DNA from: an uncultured Lachnospiraceae bacterium
GTDB taxonomy: Bacteria; Bacillota; Clostridia; Oscillospirales; CAG-272
Assembly: GCA_964645985.1 (NCBI GenBank)
Contig: CAZYCC010000002.1
Span: 1 to 45,272, forward strand
Direction: 5' to 3'
DNA: 45,272 nucleotides
In this document: one piece after another, positions 20,689-28,687 of the stretch
Numbering within the stretch: position 1 is the first letter of the stretch
Layout of the letters: each line of letters begins with the position of its first letter
Notes under the pieces: model-generated
What the model saw: only the letters and a program-made list of their open reading frames with translations
The model's database searches: none
Told to the model about the DNA's origin: nothing
Program-made: the position numbers and the translations under genes

Positions 20689-21945
20689 ATGTTAGCGAAT
20701 AACGAAGCGGACGCGGCGCGTGCCCGGGCTGCACGCAAGACCTCCATCGGCGGGCAGGCGCTTATCGAGGGGATTATGATGCGCGGGCCGAAGGTCACCG
20801 CGATGGCGGTGCGCGACCCCGCGGGGAAAATTGTCCTCGAAACCGAACCTACCGCGCAAAAGAAGATCCCGAAGTTCCTCAAACTGCCGATTGTTCGCGG
20901 AATGACCAACATGGTGCTGTCCTTCGTCACCGGCTATCGGTATTTGATGCGATCGGCCGAAATCTCGGGTCTTGACGAGGAGGAGGACGAGGACGCCCCG
21001 CCCGCCGCGCCGCAGAAAATCGTCGTCCCGGCAAAGCCCACGCAGGGCGAGAGCGCGCCGCCACACCCCACGGGAGAGCCTTCCCCCGGCGAGGCGGCAC
21101 TTCCCGCGTCGGGCAAATCTATCGCGGAAAGCGATACAGCGGGGGCGAGGGAACCCGCTCCGGCGAGGGAACCCGCTCCGGCGGAATCGGCCGCTGCGGC
21201 GAAAGAACCTGCGGGTGAACCCTCAGGCACGTCCGCGCCCTCCGAGAAATCCCCCCCGGGTGAGGGCGGGCTGCCGAAGGGGCTGCTGCACGGGGTGATG
21301 GTCGTTGGGACGGTGCTCGGCGTGGTGCTCGCCATCGCGCTGTTCATCTATCTGCCGCGCCTGCTTTTCGACCTCGTCGTACAAAAGTGGTGGGGCATTA
21401 CCCAGCCGGAGCCGAGCGCGCCGTACGGGCAGAGGTATCTCTACCAGATGCTGATCTCCGCCTTTACAGGGGTGCTGAAGATCGGCATTTTCGTCGGGTA
21501 TATGGCGCTCGTCTCGCTGATGAAGGACATCAAGCGCACCTTTATGTACCACGGTGCCGAGCACAAGACGATCTTCTGCTACGAGCACGGGCTGCCGCTT
21601 ACCGTCGAGAACATCCGCGCGCAGAGCCGCTTCCACCCGCGCTGCGGCACCTCATTTATGATAGTGATGCTGCTGATCAGCATCGTCATCGGGTTCTTCG
21701 TGCCGCTCTGCAGCAACTGGCTGTATGTGCTGATTAAGCTCCTGCTCGTGCCGATCGCTGTTGGCATCGGGTATGAGTTCATCAAGTTCGCGGGGCGCCA
21801 CGATGGGCTGATTGTGCGAATTTTGTCCGCGCCTGGCCTGTGGATGCAGCGCATTTCGACGAAGGAGCCGACCGACGACATGATCGAGTGCGCCATCGCC
21901 GCAATGCAGGAGGTCATCCCGGACGACGGCAGCGACCTTCTGTGA
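20689..21945 (+). CDS. DUF1385 (YqhQ-like) membrane protein with a ~105-aa low-complexity insertion
   Basis: IGGQALIEGIMMRGP...AMAVR and YHGAEHKTIFCYEHG...RFHPRCGTSF are the family signatures as I recall them. Several TM segments. Confidence 0.85.
   Translation: MLANNEADAARARAARKTSIGGQALIEGIMMRGPKVTAMAVRDPAGKIVLETEPTAQKKIPKFLKLPIVRGMTNMVLSFVTGYRYLMRSAEISGLDEEEDEDAPPAAPQKIVVPAKPTQGESAPPHPTGEPSPGEAALPASGKSIAESDTAGAREPAPAREPAPAESAAAAKEPAGEPSGTSAPSEKSPPGEGGLPKGLLHGVMVVGTVLGVVLAIALFIYLPRLLFDLVVQKWWGITQPEPSAPYGQRYLYQMLISAFTGVLKIGIFVGYMALVSLMKDIKRTFMYHGAEHKTIFCYEHGLPLTVENIRAQSRFHPRCGTSFMIVMLLISIVIGFFVPLCSNWLYVLIKLLLVPIAVGIGYEFIKFAGRHDGLIVRILSAPGLWMQRISTKEPTDDMIECAIAAMQEVIPDDGSDLL
21145..21180 (+). 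repeat. Perfect 18-nt tandem duplication inside the DUF1385 insertion
   Basis: gcgagggaacccgctccg at 21145-21162 and again at 21163-21180, encoding AREPAP-AREPAP in frame. Confidence 0.9.
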
Positions 21946-22100
21946 GAGCTCGCCTCGGCGGCTGCTCTCGCGTCTCTCTTTGTGGGTTCCCGGCGGGAGC
22001 GATCTCCGAGAAACGCCGCGCAGCGAACGAACCCCGTGAGGGGACTCTCGCCCGCAAGCATCCGCTCGGGGAAAACGACCGCGAAGAAACAGAGCAAAAC

Positions 22101-22135
22101 AAAAAAGTGCCGAGCGTTTCGGCACTTTTTCTTTT
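22101..22135 (+). terminator. Rho-independent terminator (usable in both directions) after the DUF1385 gene
   Basis: aaaaaagtgccga-gcgtt-tcggcactttttctttt. An 8-bp stem is extended by A/T pairs and followed by a T-run. Confidence 0.75.
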
Positions 22136-22136
22136 C

Positions 22137-22163
22137 ACAAAAATGCCCGAGCGGTGGCTCGGG
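22137..22163 (-). terminator. Terminator of the tRNA-Met/tRNA-Glu unit
   Basis: On the minus strand: cccgagc-cacc-gctcggg followed by catttttgtg. A near-identical hairpin without a U-tract (cccgag-ccccg-ctcggg, 22175-22191) sits between it and tRNA-Glu. Confidence 0.55.
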
Positions 22164-22195
22164 ATTTTGCGTTTCCCGAGCGGGGCTCGGGGGTT

Positions 22196-22270
22196 TGGTG
22201 ACCCGTACGGGAATCGAACCCATGTTACCGCCGTGAAAGGGCGGTGTCTTAGCCTCTTGACCAACGGGCC
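22196..22270 (-). tRNA. tRNA-Glu (anticodon UUC), CCA encoded
   Basis: The reverse complement reads ggcccgttggtcaagaggctaagacaccgccctTTCacggcggtaacatgggttcgattcccgtacgggtcacca. Acceptor ggcccgt/acgggtc, anticodon stem ccgcc/ggcgg. Confidence 0.95.
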
Positions 22271-22273
22271 ATA

Positions 22274-22350
22274 TGGTAGCGGAAATAGGATTTGAACCTA
22301 TGACCTATCGGGTATGAACCGAGTGCTCTAGCCAACTGAGCTATTCCGCC
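22274..22350 (-). tRNA. tRNA with anticodon CAU, elongator tRNA-Met type (lysidine tRNA-Ile2 not excluded)
   Basis: The reverse complement reads ggcggaatagctcagttggctagagcactcggttCATacccgataggtcataggttcaaatcctatttccgctacca. It has a G1-U72 wobble pair, not the C1:A72 mismatch of bacterial initiators, and lacks the three G-C pairs of initiator anticodon stems. One C-U mismatch at the top of the anticodon stem. Confidence 0.9.
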
Positions 22351-22361
22351 GTACCACCCCA

Positions 22362-22390
22362 ACTATACCACGCGCGCCCGCCTTTGTCAA
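22362..22390 (-). promoter_or_regulatory. Consensus-like promoter of the tRNA unit (TTGACA-17 nt-TATAGT)
   Basis: On the minus strand: ttgaca (22390-22385), 17-nt spacer, tatagt (22367-22362). The predicted start site is only a few nt before tRNA-Met. Confidence 0.7.
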
Positions 22391-22449
22391 CCCCCTGCGG
22401 CAAAATTTCGCGGGGAGCGGCGCGGCATGGCCGGGCGTGGCCTTACGCC

Positions 22450-23628
22450 TTATTCGAGAATGTACACCTTCACGCTGCGCGTGCCGAAGGAGACCGCGTC
22501 CGCGCGCGTCTCCATAAAGATATCGATGATGTTGCCGCGGATAGCGCCGCCGGTATCCTCCGCCGTGTAGACCCCGTCGAAGCGGTCGACCGGCGCGTCG
22601 ATGTAGACCCGCGTTCCGAGAGGGATAACCGACGGGTCGACCGCGATCATCCCGGCGCGCGGCATCTTGCCGCTCGCAGTGCGGTTGCCGCCGACCTCAT
22701 CGCGGTAATAGCAAGTCGCCTTCATGCCGAGCTGCTTTGTGTAGGCGTAGCTCTTGCCGTCGCTGCCGGTGACCGCCTGCCCCACGCCGCGCAGCACGAC
22801 ACGGGAGATCACCTGCGTGTGCACGGTGCGATCGAGGATCTCTTTCTCCTGCAAAACGCCGTTGAGATAGGTCTCGCGCGTCGTCGTCGTCACCTGCCCC
22901 GCGCGCCCTTCGGTCTGCACGACCTCGGTGCCCTTCGGCAGATCCCTCGCGTCGCGGTATTCGGTCTCGAAGGGGATGTCCTCGGTCACCGTCAAGGTCT
23001 TGTAGACGAAAACGCCCTGCTCGCTCTCCACCGTCACCTCATAGGTATCCGGCAGGGAGCTTGTCGCGAGGATAAATCTCCCCTCCTCATCGGTGGGGAA
23101 GGAAGACGCGCTCGGCGCGAGCGCGGCAGGCGCCGCCTCGATCTCCTGAGCGGGAGCGATGTCCTCCTCGGCGCTATCGCTCTCGGCGGGGATGGGAGGC
23201 AGCAGCCGTGCCGCGTAATCCTCCTCCGAGAGGGAGATTGCCGCGAGAGGGGCTGCTCCGGTATCATTTGGAGCGGGGAGCGAGGCGGTCGATGCCGCCC
23301 CAGTGAGCGGGGAGATGCCGCCCGTTTCGTTCCATGCGGGCGCGACGCGGCTATATGCCGCAAGGAAGGTCAGCGCGGCGCAGAGAAGGAACATCCCCAC
23401 GCCGAGCAGGACGAGCGTCAGCGTCTCGTGCCGCCTCTCCCGCGCGCGCAATCGCGCGGCGAGCGGGACGAAGGTCTCCTCATCCTCCCGAGAAGAAGGC
23501 CGCTCAAACGCGTGCGGGGTTACGCGCAGAGGGAAAACTCTGCCGCCGCGCAAGGGTCTCGAGCGCACGGCGGGGAAAGACCCCGTCGCGCTCGGGCGAA
23601 GCGCCGGGAAAGATCCGGTGTCGGTCAT
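22450..23628 (-). CDS. G5 and 3D domain cell-wall protein (YabE/Rpf-like), membrane anchored
   Basis: N-terminal TM segment (LTLVLLGVGMFLLCAALTFLAA). G5-like IPFETEYRDARDLPKGTEVVQTEGRAGQVTTTTRETYLNG. C-terminal 3D-like KATCYY...TASGKMPRAGMIAVDPSVIPLGTRVYI...YTAEDTGGAIRGNIIDIF. GGAGG 7 nt upstream. Confidence 0.88.
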   Translation of the reverse strand: MTDTGSFPALRPSATGSFPAVRSRPLRGGRVFPLRVTPHAFERPSSREDEETFVPLAARLRARERRHETLTLVLLGVGMFLLCAALTFLAAYSRVAPAWNETGGISPLTGAASTASLPAPNDTGAAPLAAISLSEEDYAARLLPPIPAESDSAEEDIAPAQEIEAAPAALAPSASSFPTDEEGRFILATSSLPDTYEVTVESEQGVFVYKTLTVTEDIPFETEYRDARDLPKGTEVVQTEGRAGQVTTTTRETYLNGVLQEKEILDRTVHTQVISRVVLRGVGQAVTGSDGKSYAYTKQLGMKATCYYRDEVGGNRTASGKMPRAGMIAVDPSVIPLGTRVYIDAPVDRFDGVYTAEDTGGAIRGNIIDIFMETRADAVSFGTRSVKVYILE

Positions 23629-23732
23629 AATGCGGCCTCCTTTCGGTGAGTTTTAGAGGAGAGGGAGTGTTTTTGCGCGGCACGGCCGGCCCTCAACTTC
23701 GCGTTTTGGCGAGAGCGAGAGGGGTTTTCCAA

Positions 23733-23758
23733 CCAAAAAGGGGGAACGACCCCCCTTT
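23733..23758 (-). terminator. Rho-independent terminator between the RluA-family gene and the 3D-domain gene
   Basis: On the minus strand: aaagggggg-tcgtt-ccccc followed by tttttgg. Confidence 0.6.
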
Positions 23759-23773
23759 CGCGCGCGTTTTAGT

Positions 23774-23803
23774 ATAATATCACGGGAAAACCCGATAATT
23801 CAA
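23774..23803 (-). promoter_or_regulatory. Promoter candidate (TTGAAT-18 nt-TATTAT with extended TGn)
   Basis: On the minus strand: ttgaat (23803-23798), 18-nt spacer ending in tga, tattat (23779-23774). It lies upstream of, and reads into, the terminator at 23733-23758. Confidence 0.4.
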
Positions 23804-23956
23804 GTCTATTTTGTGAACTTTTCACGAGAGTTGCCGCCGACAAGCTCTCCACCCAAATGGACGACACGGCAATCTCCCGCGCGGCGGGTTTGCCGAATGG
23901 AATAGCGCGAGGCGGATACTTTACGGCGCGCCCGCTCCGCAGCAAGGGAACGCGCG

Positions 23957-25165
23957 TCAATCGCCGCGCCCCTCCGGGGGTTTGCCGGTGCCGCCCTCGT
24001 GCAAATCTCCCGGTGCCGCCTTCTCCGGGAAGGTGTTCCCGGCTTTGTGCGCCGTTTCGTCCTCCTCCTCGTCCGGCGTCGGCATTTGCGGGAGGGGAAC
24101 GCCGGAGAAGAGCTCGCTGAGGAAATAAATCTTCTCACGCGGCAGCGTGAAAACCCGCCCGCGAACATCGGGAAGACACCCTTTGGGAAAAACCGGGGCG
24201 GCTGACGTAAGTCTCTCGCCACATGACTCCGGCGCACTTGACGGAAGGCTCTCACCGGGAAACTTCCGCGGGAAGGAGACGCGGTAGGCGGCGAGCGCCT
24301 GCGTCTTGTAGCCCATCGCGCGGTCCGCGCGGCTGTCGCGCGTGTACTTGCCCTCGCCGAGGAGCGGATGCCCCACGCGCGCGAACTGCGCGCGGATCTG
24401 GTGCGTGCGCCCGGTCAGCAGCTCCGCCTCAACGAGCGAGAGCGCGGGGTCAGAGCGCTGTGCGAGGACCCGGTAGCGCGTTGCGCAGGTGCGCGCCTCC
24501 TCGCCCTCAGGGCGGCGGTCATAGAGCGTCACGCGGTTGCGGGCGCTGTCCTTTACCAAATAATGCCGCAGGACCCCCGCGCGATCATACTCCTCAAAAT
24601 GCCCGTGGCAGACGAGCAGATAAAACTTGCGCACCGCTCGCGCGCGGATGAGCGCGTTCATTTCGCGAAGGGCGGCGGCGTTCTTCGCCGCGATGACGAT
24701 GCCAACGGTACCGCGATCGATGCGGTTGCAGAGCGCCGGGGCAAACGACTGCTCCTCGCTTGGTCGATATTCCCCCGTGTGCGCGAGGTATGCCTTTATG
24801 TGGTCGATGAGCGTCCCGCCGGGGGTGCGCTCATCCGGCTGCGACGCCATCCCGGCGGGCTTTACGGCGAGAAGGATGTCGCTGTCCTCGTAAAGGATGT
24901 CAACGCGCGGCGTGAGGCGAAGAGCGCTGTCGGTCGGGCTGCCGGGACTTCCCGCCTCGGGGAAAAACTCATCGGGGAGAAAGAGCTGCACCGTATCGCC
25001 CTCGCGCAATATTTGCCCTCCCACGGCGCGGCGGCGATTGACCTTAATTTTCTTTGTGCGAATGCTCTTGTAAAGAAGAGAGGGCGGCAGCGCGGGCAGG
25101 CATTTGCGCAGAAACTTATCTAGGCGCTGCCCCGCGTCATTGCCGCGGATGGTGAGCTGATGCAT
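23957..25165 (-). CDS. RluA-family pseudouridine synthase (S4 domain plus catalytic domain) with acidic/Pro-rich C-terminal tail
   Basis: MHQLTIRGNDAGQRLDKFLRK (S4-like), NRIDRGTVGIVIAAKN (catalytic Asp motif), GRTHQIRAQFARVGHPLLGEGKY. Confidence 0.9.
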   Translation of the reverse strand: MHQLTIRGNDAGQRLDKFLRKCLPALPPSLLYKSIRTKKIKVNRRRAVGGQILREGDTVQLFLPDEFFPEAGSPGSPTDSALRLTPRVDILYEDSDILLAVKPAGMASQPDERTPGGTLIDHIKAYLAHTGEYRPSEEQSFAPALCNRIDRGTVGIVIAAKNAAALREMNALIRARAVRKFYLLVCHGHFEEYDRAGVLRHYLVKDSARNRVTLYDRRPEGEEARTCATRYRVLAQRSDPALSLVEAELLTGRTHQIRAQFARVGHPLLGEGKYTRDSRADRAMGYKTQALAAYRVSFPRKFPGESLPSSAPESCGERLTSAAPVFPKGCLPDVRGRVFTLPREKIYFLSELFSGVPLPQMPTPDEEEDETAHKAGNTFPEKAAPGDLHEGGTGKPPEGRGD

Positions 25166-25168
25166 TCG

Positions 25169-26101
25169 TTACAGGATCATCCGCATTTTTTCCATGCGGC
25201 GCAGGTGTTCCTCGCCTGTGGAGACGATGTAGATGCGCGTCGTGTCGATACTGCTGTGCCCGAGGATGTCGGCGAGGCCCGCGAGGTCTTTCTCGCGCGC
25301 GTAAAAGACCCGGGCAAAGAGGTGGCGCAGGTTGTGCGGGTAGACCTTCGCCGGGTTAACGCCCGCCTTCTCACAGATCCCCTTCATCTCGCGCCAGACA
25401 GAGGAGCGATCGATCGGGTTTCCCCCGCGCGTGAGAAAAATGGGGCCGCTTTCGATTTTCGCCTTCTCAATGAAGCGCAGGAGCTTCTTTTGCAGGGGCT
25501 TGACGATGAAAATCGTGCGCGCCTTGCCCTTGTTTTGCACGATTGTCTTTCCCTCGCGCACCGCTTCCGCTGTGATGAAGGGCAGCTCGCCCACGCGGAT
25601 GCCGGTGCCGCCTATTGTCTGGAAGATGAGCGCGAGCTGCTCGTTTCCCTTTGCCATCGCCGCGCGGCAGAGCCGCACATACTCATCGCGCGAGAGTTCC
25701 TCATCCTCCGAGCAGAAGATTTGCTTTTGCACTTTGACCGAGCGCAGACGCAGATCCGGGCGCCCCATAAATTCAAAATAACAGTTGACCGCGGCGAGCG
25801 TTACGTTGATTGTGCGGGGCGAGAGCCCCCGGTCGATGAGGTTTTGCTTGTAGGCAAGCGCGTTTTCCTTTGTCAAGTCTCGCCCGCCCAGATAATGCTG
25901 CAGCGCGTGCAGCTCGTGCGTGTATTTGTCGCGCGTGCGGGCGCTCTTCTCATCCTCCTCGAGCTGCCGCTCGAAGGCGCTAATTTTCTCGTCCGTGAGA
26001 GCGACCGAGGACGCGGATCGCCTCTCGGGGGGTTCTTCCTCCCGCGCGGGGGCGGGATCGCCTGCAATGGCGCTTGTCGTTTTCATTTCGGAAACCTTCA
26101 T
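25169..26101 (-). CDS. Tyrosine recombinase / integrase-family protein
   Basis: GTGIRVGEL (Arg), HNLRHLFA (H-x-x-R), LGHSSIDTTRIY (His, Tyr). N-terminal SAM-like core-binding region (TINVTLAAVNCYFEFMG). It ends 3 nt before the RluA-family gene start. The start could be the ATG at 26101 or at 26086; neither has a clear RBS. Confidence 0.88.
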   Translation of the reverse strand: MKVSEMKTTSAIAGDPAPAREEEPPERRSASSVALTDEKISAFERQLEEDEKSARTRDKYTHELHALQHYLGGRDLTKENALAYKQNLIDRGLSPRTINVTLAAVNCYFEFMGRPDLRLRSVKVQKQIFCSEDEELSRDEYVRLCRAAMAKGNEQLALIFQTIGGTGIRVGELPFITAEAVREGKTIVQNKGKARTIFIVKPLQKKLLRFIEKAKIESGPIFLTRGGNPIDRSSVWREMKGICEKAGVNPAKVYPHNLRHLFARVFYAREKDLAGLADILGHSSIDTTRIYIVSTGEEHLRRMEKMRMIL

Positions 26102-26305
26102 TTCATAGACTATAGAGGGAGGGAAGACGCGGGAAAAGGGCCTTTACTTGAAAGAAAGAAGATGCGCGAGCGGCGGGGTCACAATGTCGAACTATCCCGG
26201 CACGAAAAGGGAAAACCGGCGCGGCAAATAAGTGCTCTTACAAAAGGGGAAAAGCGAGCGGGCCGCGCGCTCTCGCCAAGGAAAACGAGCGCGCGGAGAG
26301 GAAGT

Positions 26306-27154
26306 TCACACCAAACTTTGCGCGGCGGTGAGGGTGTTGCGCAGGAGCATTGTGATGGTCATCGGGCCAACGCCCCCGGGAACCGGGGTGATCGCCGCCA
26401 CGCGCGGCTCGACCGCCGCAAAATCGACATCCCCAACGAGGTGCCCGTCAGGTAGGCGATTCATCCCGACGTCGATAACGACCGCGCCCTCTTTGACCAT
26501 CTCGCCCGTGATGAATCGAGGCCGTCCGACCGCGGACACGAGAATGTCGGCGGTACGGGTGATCGCCGCAAGGTCCCTCGTTTTGGAGTGGCAGATCGTC
26601 ACCGTGCCGTTCTCGCGCAGGAGCAGGAGCGCTGTCGGCTTGCCGACGATGTTCGATCGCCCGATAACGACGCAGTGCTTTCCCTCGACCGAAATGTCCG
26701 CCCGGCGCAGCAGCGCGAGGATGCCCGCCGGCGTGCAGGGCAGGAGCGAGGGGTTGCCGATGGTCAGCGCGCCGACATTCATCGGGTGGAACCCGTCGAC
26801 ATCCTTGCGCGGGTCGATGGAGAGGAGCACCTTGTGCTCATCGATATGGGCGGGCAGGGGAAGCTGGCAGAGAATGCCGTGCACGGCGGGGTTGGCGTTG
26901 CAGGACGCGACGAGGGCGAGCAGCTCCTCCTCGGTCGTTTCCTCCGGCAGAGCGTGCAGAAAGGACGAGATGCCGACCTCGGCGCAGCCGCGCTGCTTAT
27001 TGCGCACATAAATCTGCGAGGCGGGGTCCTCCCCCACGAGGATGACCGCGAGCCCGGGCGAGACGCCTGTGCGCGCGTGAAACGCCTCCACGTCGCCTTG
27101 CAGCTCCTTTCGCAGGAGCGCGGAGGTCGCCTTGCCGCTGAGCAAAATCGCCAT
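26306..27154 (-). CDS. folD: Bifunctional methylene-THF dehydrogenase / methenyl-THF cyclohydrolase
   Basis: From the ATG at 27154: MAILLSGKATSALLRKELQGDVE...GLAVILVGEDPASQIYVRNKQR...VIGRSNIVGKP...ITPVPGGVGPMT. The 80 upstream codons of the track ORF are not FolD-like. Confidence 0.95.
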   Translation of the reverse strand: MAILLSGKATSALLRKELQGDVEAFHARTGVSPGLAVILVGEDPASQIYVRNKQRGCAEVGISSFLHALPEETTEEELLALVASCNANPAVHGILCQLPLPAHIDEHKVLLSIDPRKDVDGFHPMNVGALTIGNPSLLPCTPAGILALLRRADISVEGKHCVVIGRSNIVGKPTALLLLRENGTVTICHSKTRDLAAITRTADILVSAVGRPRFITGEMVKEGAVVIDVGMNRLPDGHLVGDVDFAAVEPRVAAITPVPGGVGPMTITMLLRNTLTAAQSLV

Positions 27155-27272
27155 GAAAACCTCAAAGATGTCGTGGAAAGCGCGCCGCGGGAAATGTACC
27201 GGTGTAGGAGCGCACATTATCCCTGAAGCGCGCGCCGCAAGCCGCGTATGCCGCGCGGGCGGGGGGAGTGGG

Positions 27273-27320
27273 ATTGCGCGCGCAACAAATTGCGCGGGCA
27301 ATGAATTGCGCGAGAAGTGC
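27273..27320. repeat. Three ATTGCGCG-initiated 16-nt units in exact phase
   Basis: attgcgcgcgcaacaa (27273), attgcgcgggcaatga (27289), attgcgcgagaagtgc (27305). The core is the reverse complement of the CGCGCAAT core at 3393 and 3414. Located 120-165 nt upstream of the folD start. Confidence 0.55.
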
Positions 27321-27592
27321 GCCGCGCCCGCTTTGTCGAAAACCGATCGTGCGCGCCGCGCACGACGTGAACGCCATGGGGTGCAGGACTGCAAGAGAGC
27401 CGCAGCGCTCGCCGAATTTTGTACGCCGCGATGTTTTGCCGAAAAAAGATTGCACGCGCCGCGAACGCCTCAAGGCGAGGGGATCGCGTTTCCTCACCGG
27501 AGGAGCAGGTCGACACGTCGCGCGGCTTTGCGCGCGCGGGCTACCCCGGGCGAGGGGCGAGAGCTACCCGCAACGGCAGCGCAATGCCGGGC

Positions 27593-28687
27593 CTATTTCC
27601 CGGATATGTCAGCCGAGCCCGGATTTTCCGGTTTTTCCGGGTTCCCCGCGTTTCCTGAGTTTCCGTGGCTACCCGGATCGGCGGGCGCGCCGTCTGCCGG
27701 GGAGGGGGACGCGGGGGCAGTGCGCGCCGACGCGGGATTCGCGCCCGTTTCGCTGTCGTGGTGCGCGGCCTTCTCCGGGACGACGACGACCTTTTTCACA
27801 GGAGCGGCGGCGCTCGCGCCCTTCTTTTTGCGCTCGCCGTAGGTAGGGAGAGCCGGGGAGAGCGCGCGGGGCGTGCGAACCGAGAAGAGGATCAGCAGGA
27901 CGAGCGAGATGGCGCAGGTCACAAATCCTAGCACCGAGGAGATGCGAATCGCCGTGCCGGGGATGCAGAGGCTGTCGGTGCGCAGCAGTTCTATGAAGCC
28001 GCGCCCGAAGCCATACCACGCAAGGTAGGTCAGCAACCACTGCCCGTCAAACTTCTTCTTTTTGTAAAAAATATTGATAAGGATGAACCCAACAAGGTTC
28101 CAAAGAGACTCGTAGAGGAAGGTCGGGTGGTAATATTTGGTGATGGTGCTCGTCGGCGAGAGACCCATGCGGCAAAAGATATTTGTCTCGCCGCCGTGCG
28201 CCTCGCCGTTGGTAAAGTTGCCCCAGCGCCCGATAACTTGCCCGAGCATGACGCCCGGCGCGAGCGCGTCGAAAAAGCGCAGCGGGCGGATTTTCTTGTA
28301 GGCGGTGACCGCGAGGACGATCAGCGCGCCGGCGATAATGCCGCCGTAGATCGCGAGACCCCCGTCCCAGAAGGCGATAGCGTCGAGGAAAGAGTCGAAG
28401 TGGCGGTGCTCGCCGAAATACTCGAAGGCGATGAAATAGAGCCGCGCGCCGATAATTCCGCCCGGCACGACGAGGAGGGTCGCATCGAGGACATCATCGA
28501 AAGCGATGCCGCTCTGCCCCGCCACGCTCTTGCCGGCGCGCCACGCGGTGTAGACGAAGGCGGCAAGAATGCCGACGGTGACAATGATACCGTACCAGCG
28601 CACCTCCCGCCCGAAGATAGTGAAAGCGACGGCGTCGAGACGAAAGGCATCGATGCCGAGCCCCGGAAAGGAAATCCAATGTTCCAT
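27593..28687 (-). CDS. lgt: Prolipoprotein diacylglyceryl transferase with ~94-aa low-complexity C-terminal tail
   Basis: GREVRWYGIIVTVGILAA, GGIIGARLYF, WDGGLAIYGGIIAG, GRWGNFTNGEAHG, YHPTFLYESLWN. The ATG at 28687 is preferred over the TTG at 28693. No obvious RBS. Confidence 0.92.
   Translation of the reverse strand: MEHWISFPGLGIDAFRLDAVAFTIFGREVRWYGIIVTVGILAAFVYTAWRAGKSVAGQSGIAFDDVLDATLLVVPGGIIGARLYFIAFEYFGEHRHFDSFLDAIAFWDGGLAIYGGIIAGALIVLAVTAYKKIRPLRFFDALAPGVMLGQVIGRWGNFTNGEAHGGETNIFCRMGLSPTSTITKYYHPTFLYESLWNLVGFILINIFYKKKKFDGQWLLTYLAWYGFGRGFIELLRTDSLCIPGTAIRISSVLGFVTCAISLVLLILFSVRTPRALSPALPTYGERKKKGASAAAPVKKVVVVPEKAAHHDSETGANPASARTAPASPSPADGAPADPGSHGNSGNAGNPEKPENPGSADISGK

Noticed and set aside
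21946-22200. dif site / replication terminus at the convergence point.
   Set aside because: No AT-rich 28-nt dif-like sequence is present. Convergent gene blocks alone do not prove a terminus, and GC skew was not computed.
23629-23810. c-di-AMP (ydaO-class) riboswitch upstream of the 3D-domain cell-wall gene.
   Set aside because: The context is suggestive. However, I could not find the conserved ydaO elements as I remember them (for example the CCGACAGCUAACC-type segment and the paired GGGGA/CCC motifs). It needs a covariance-model scan before any claim.
27155-27592. ZTP (pfl) or THF riboswitch upstream of folD.
   Set aside because: No CCGCCTGGGC-type pseudoknot element or other remembered pfl signature is present on the minus strand. 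Only the phased ATTGCGCG repeats stand out.
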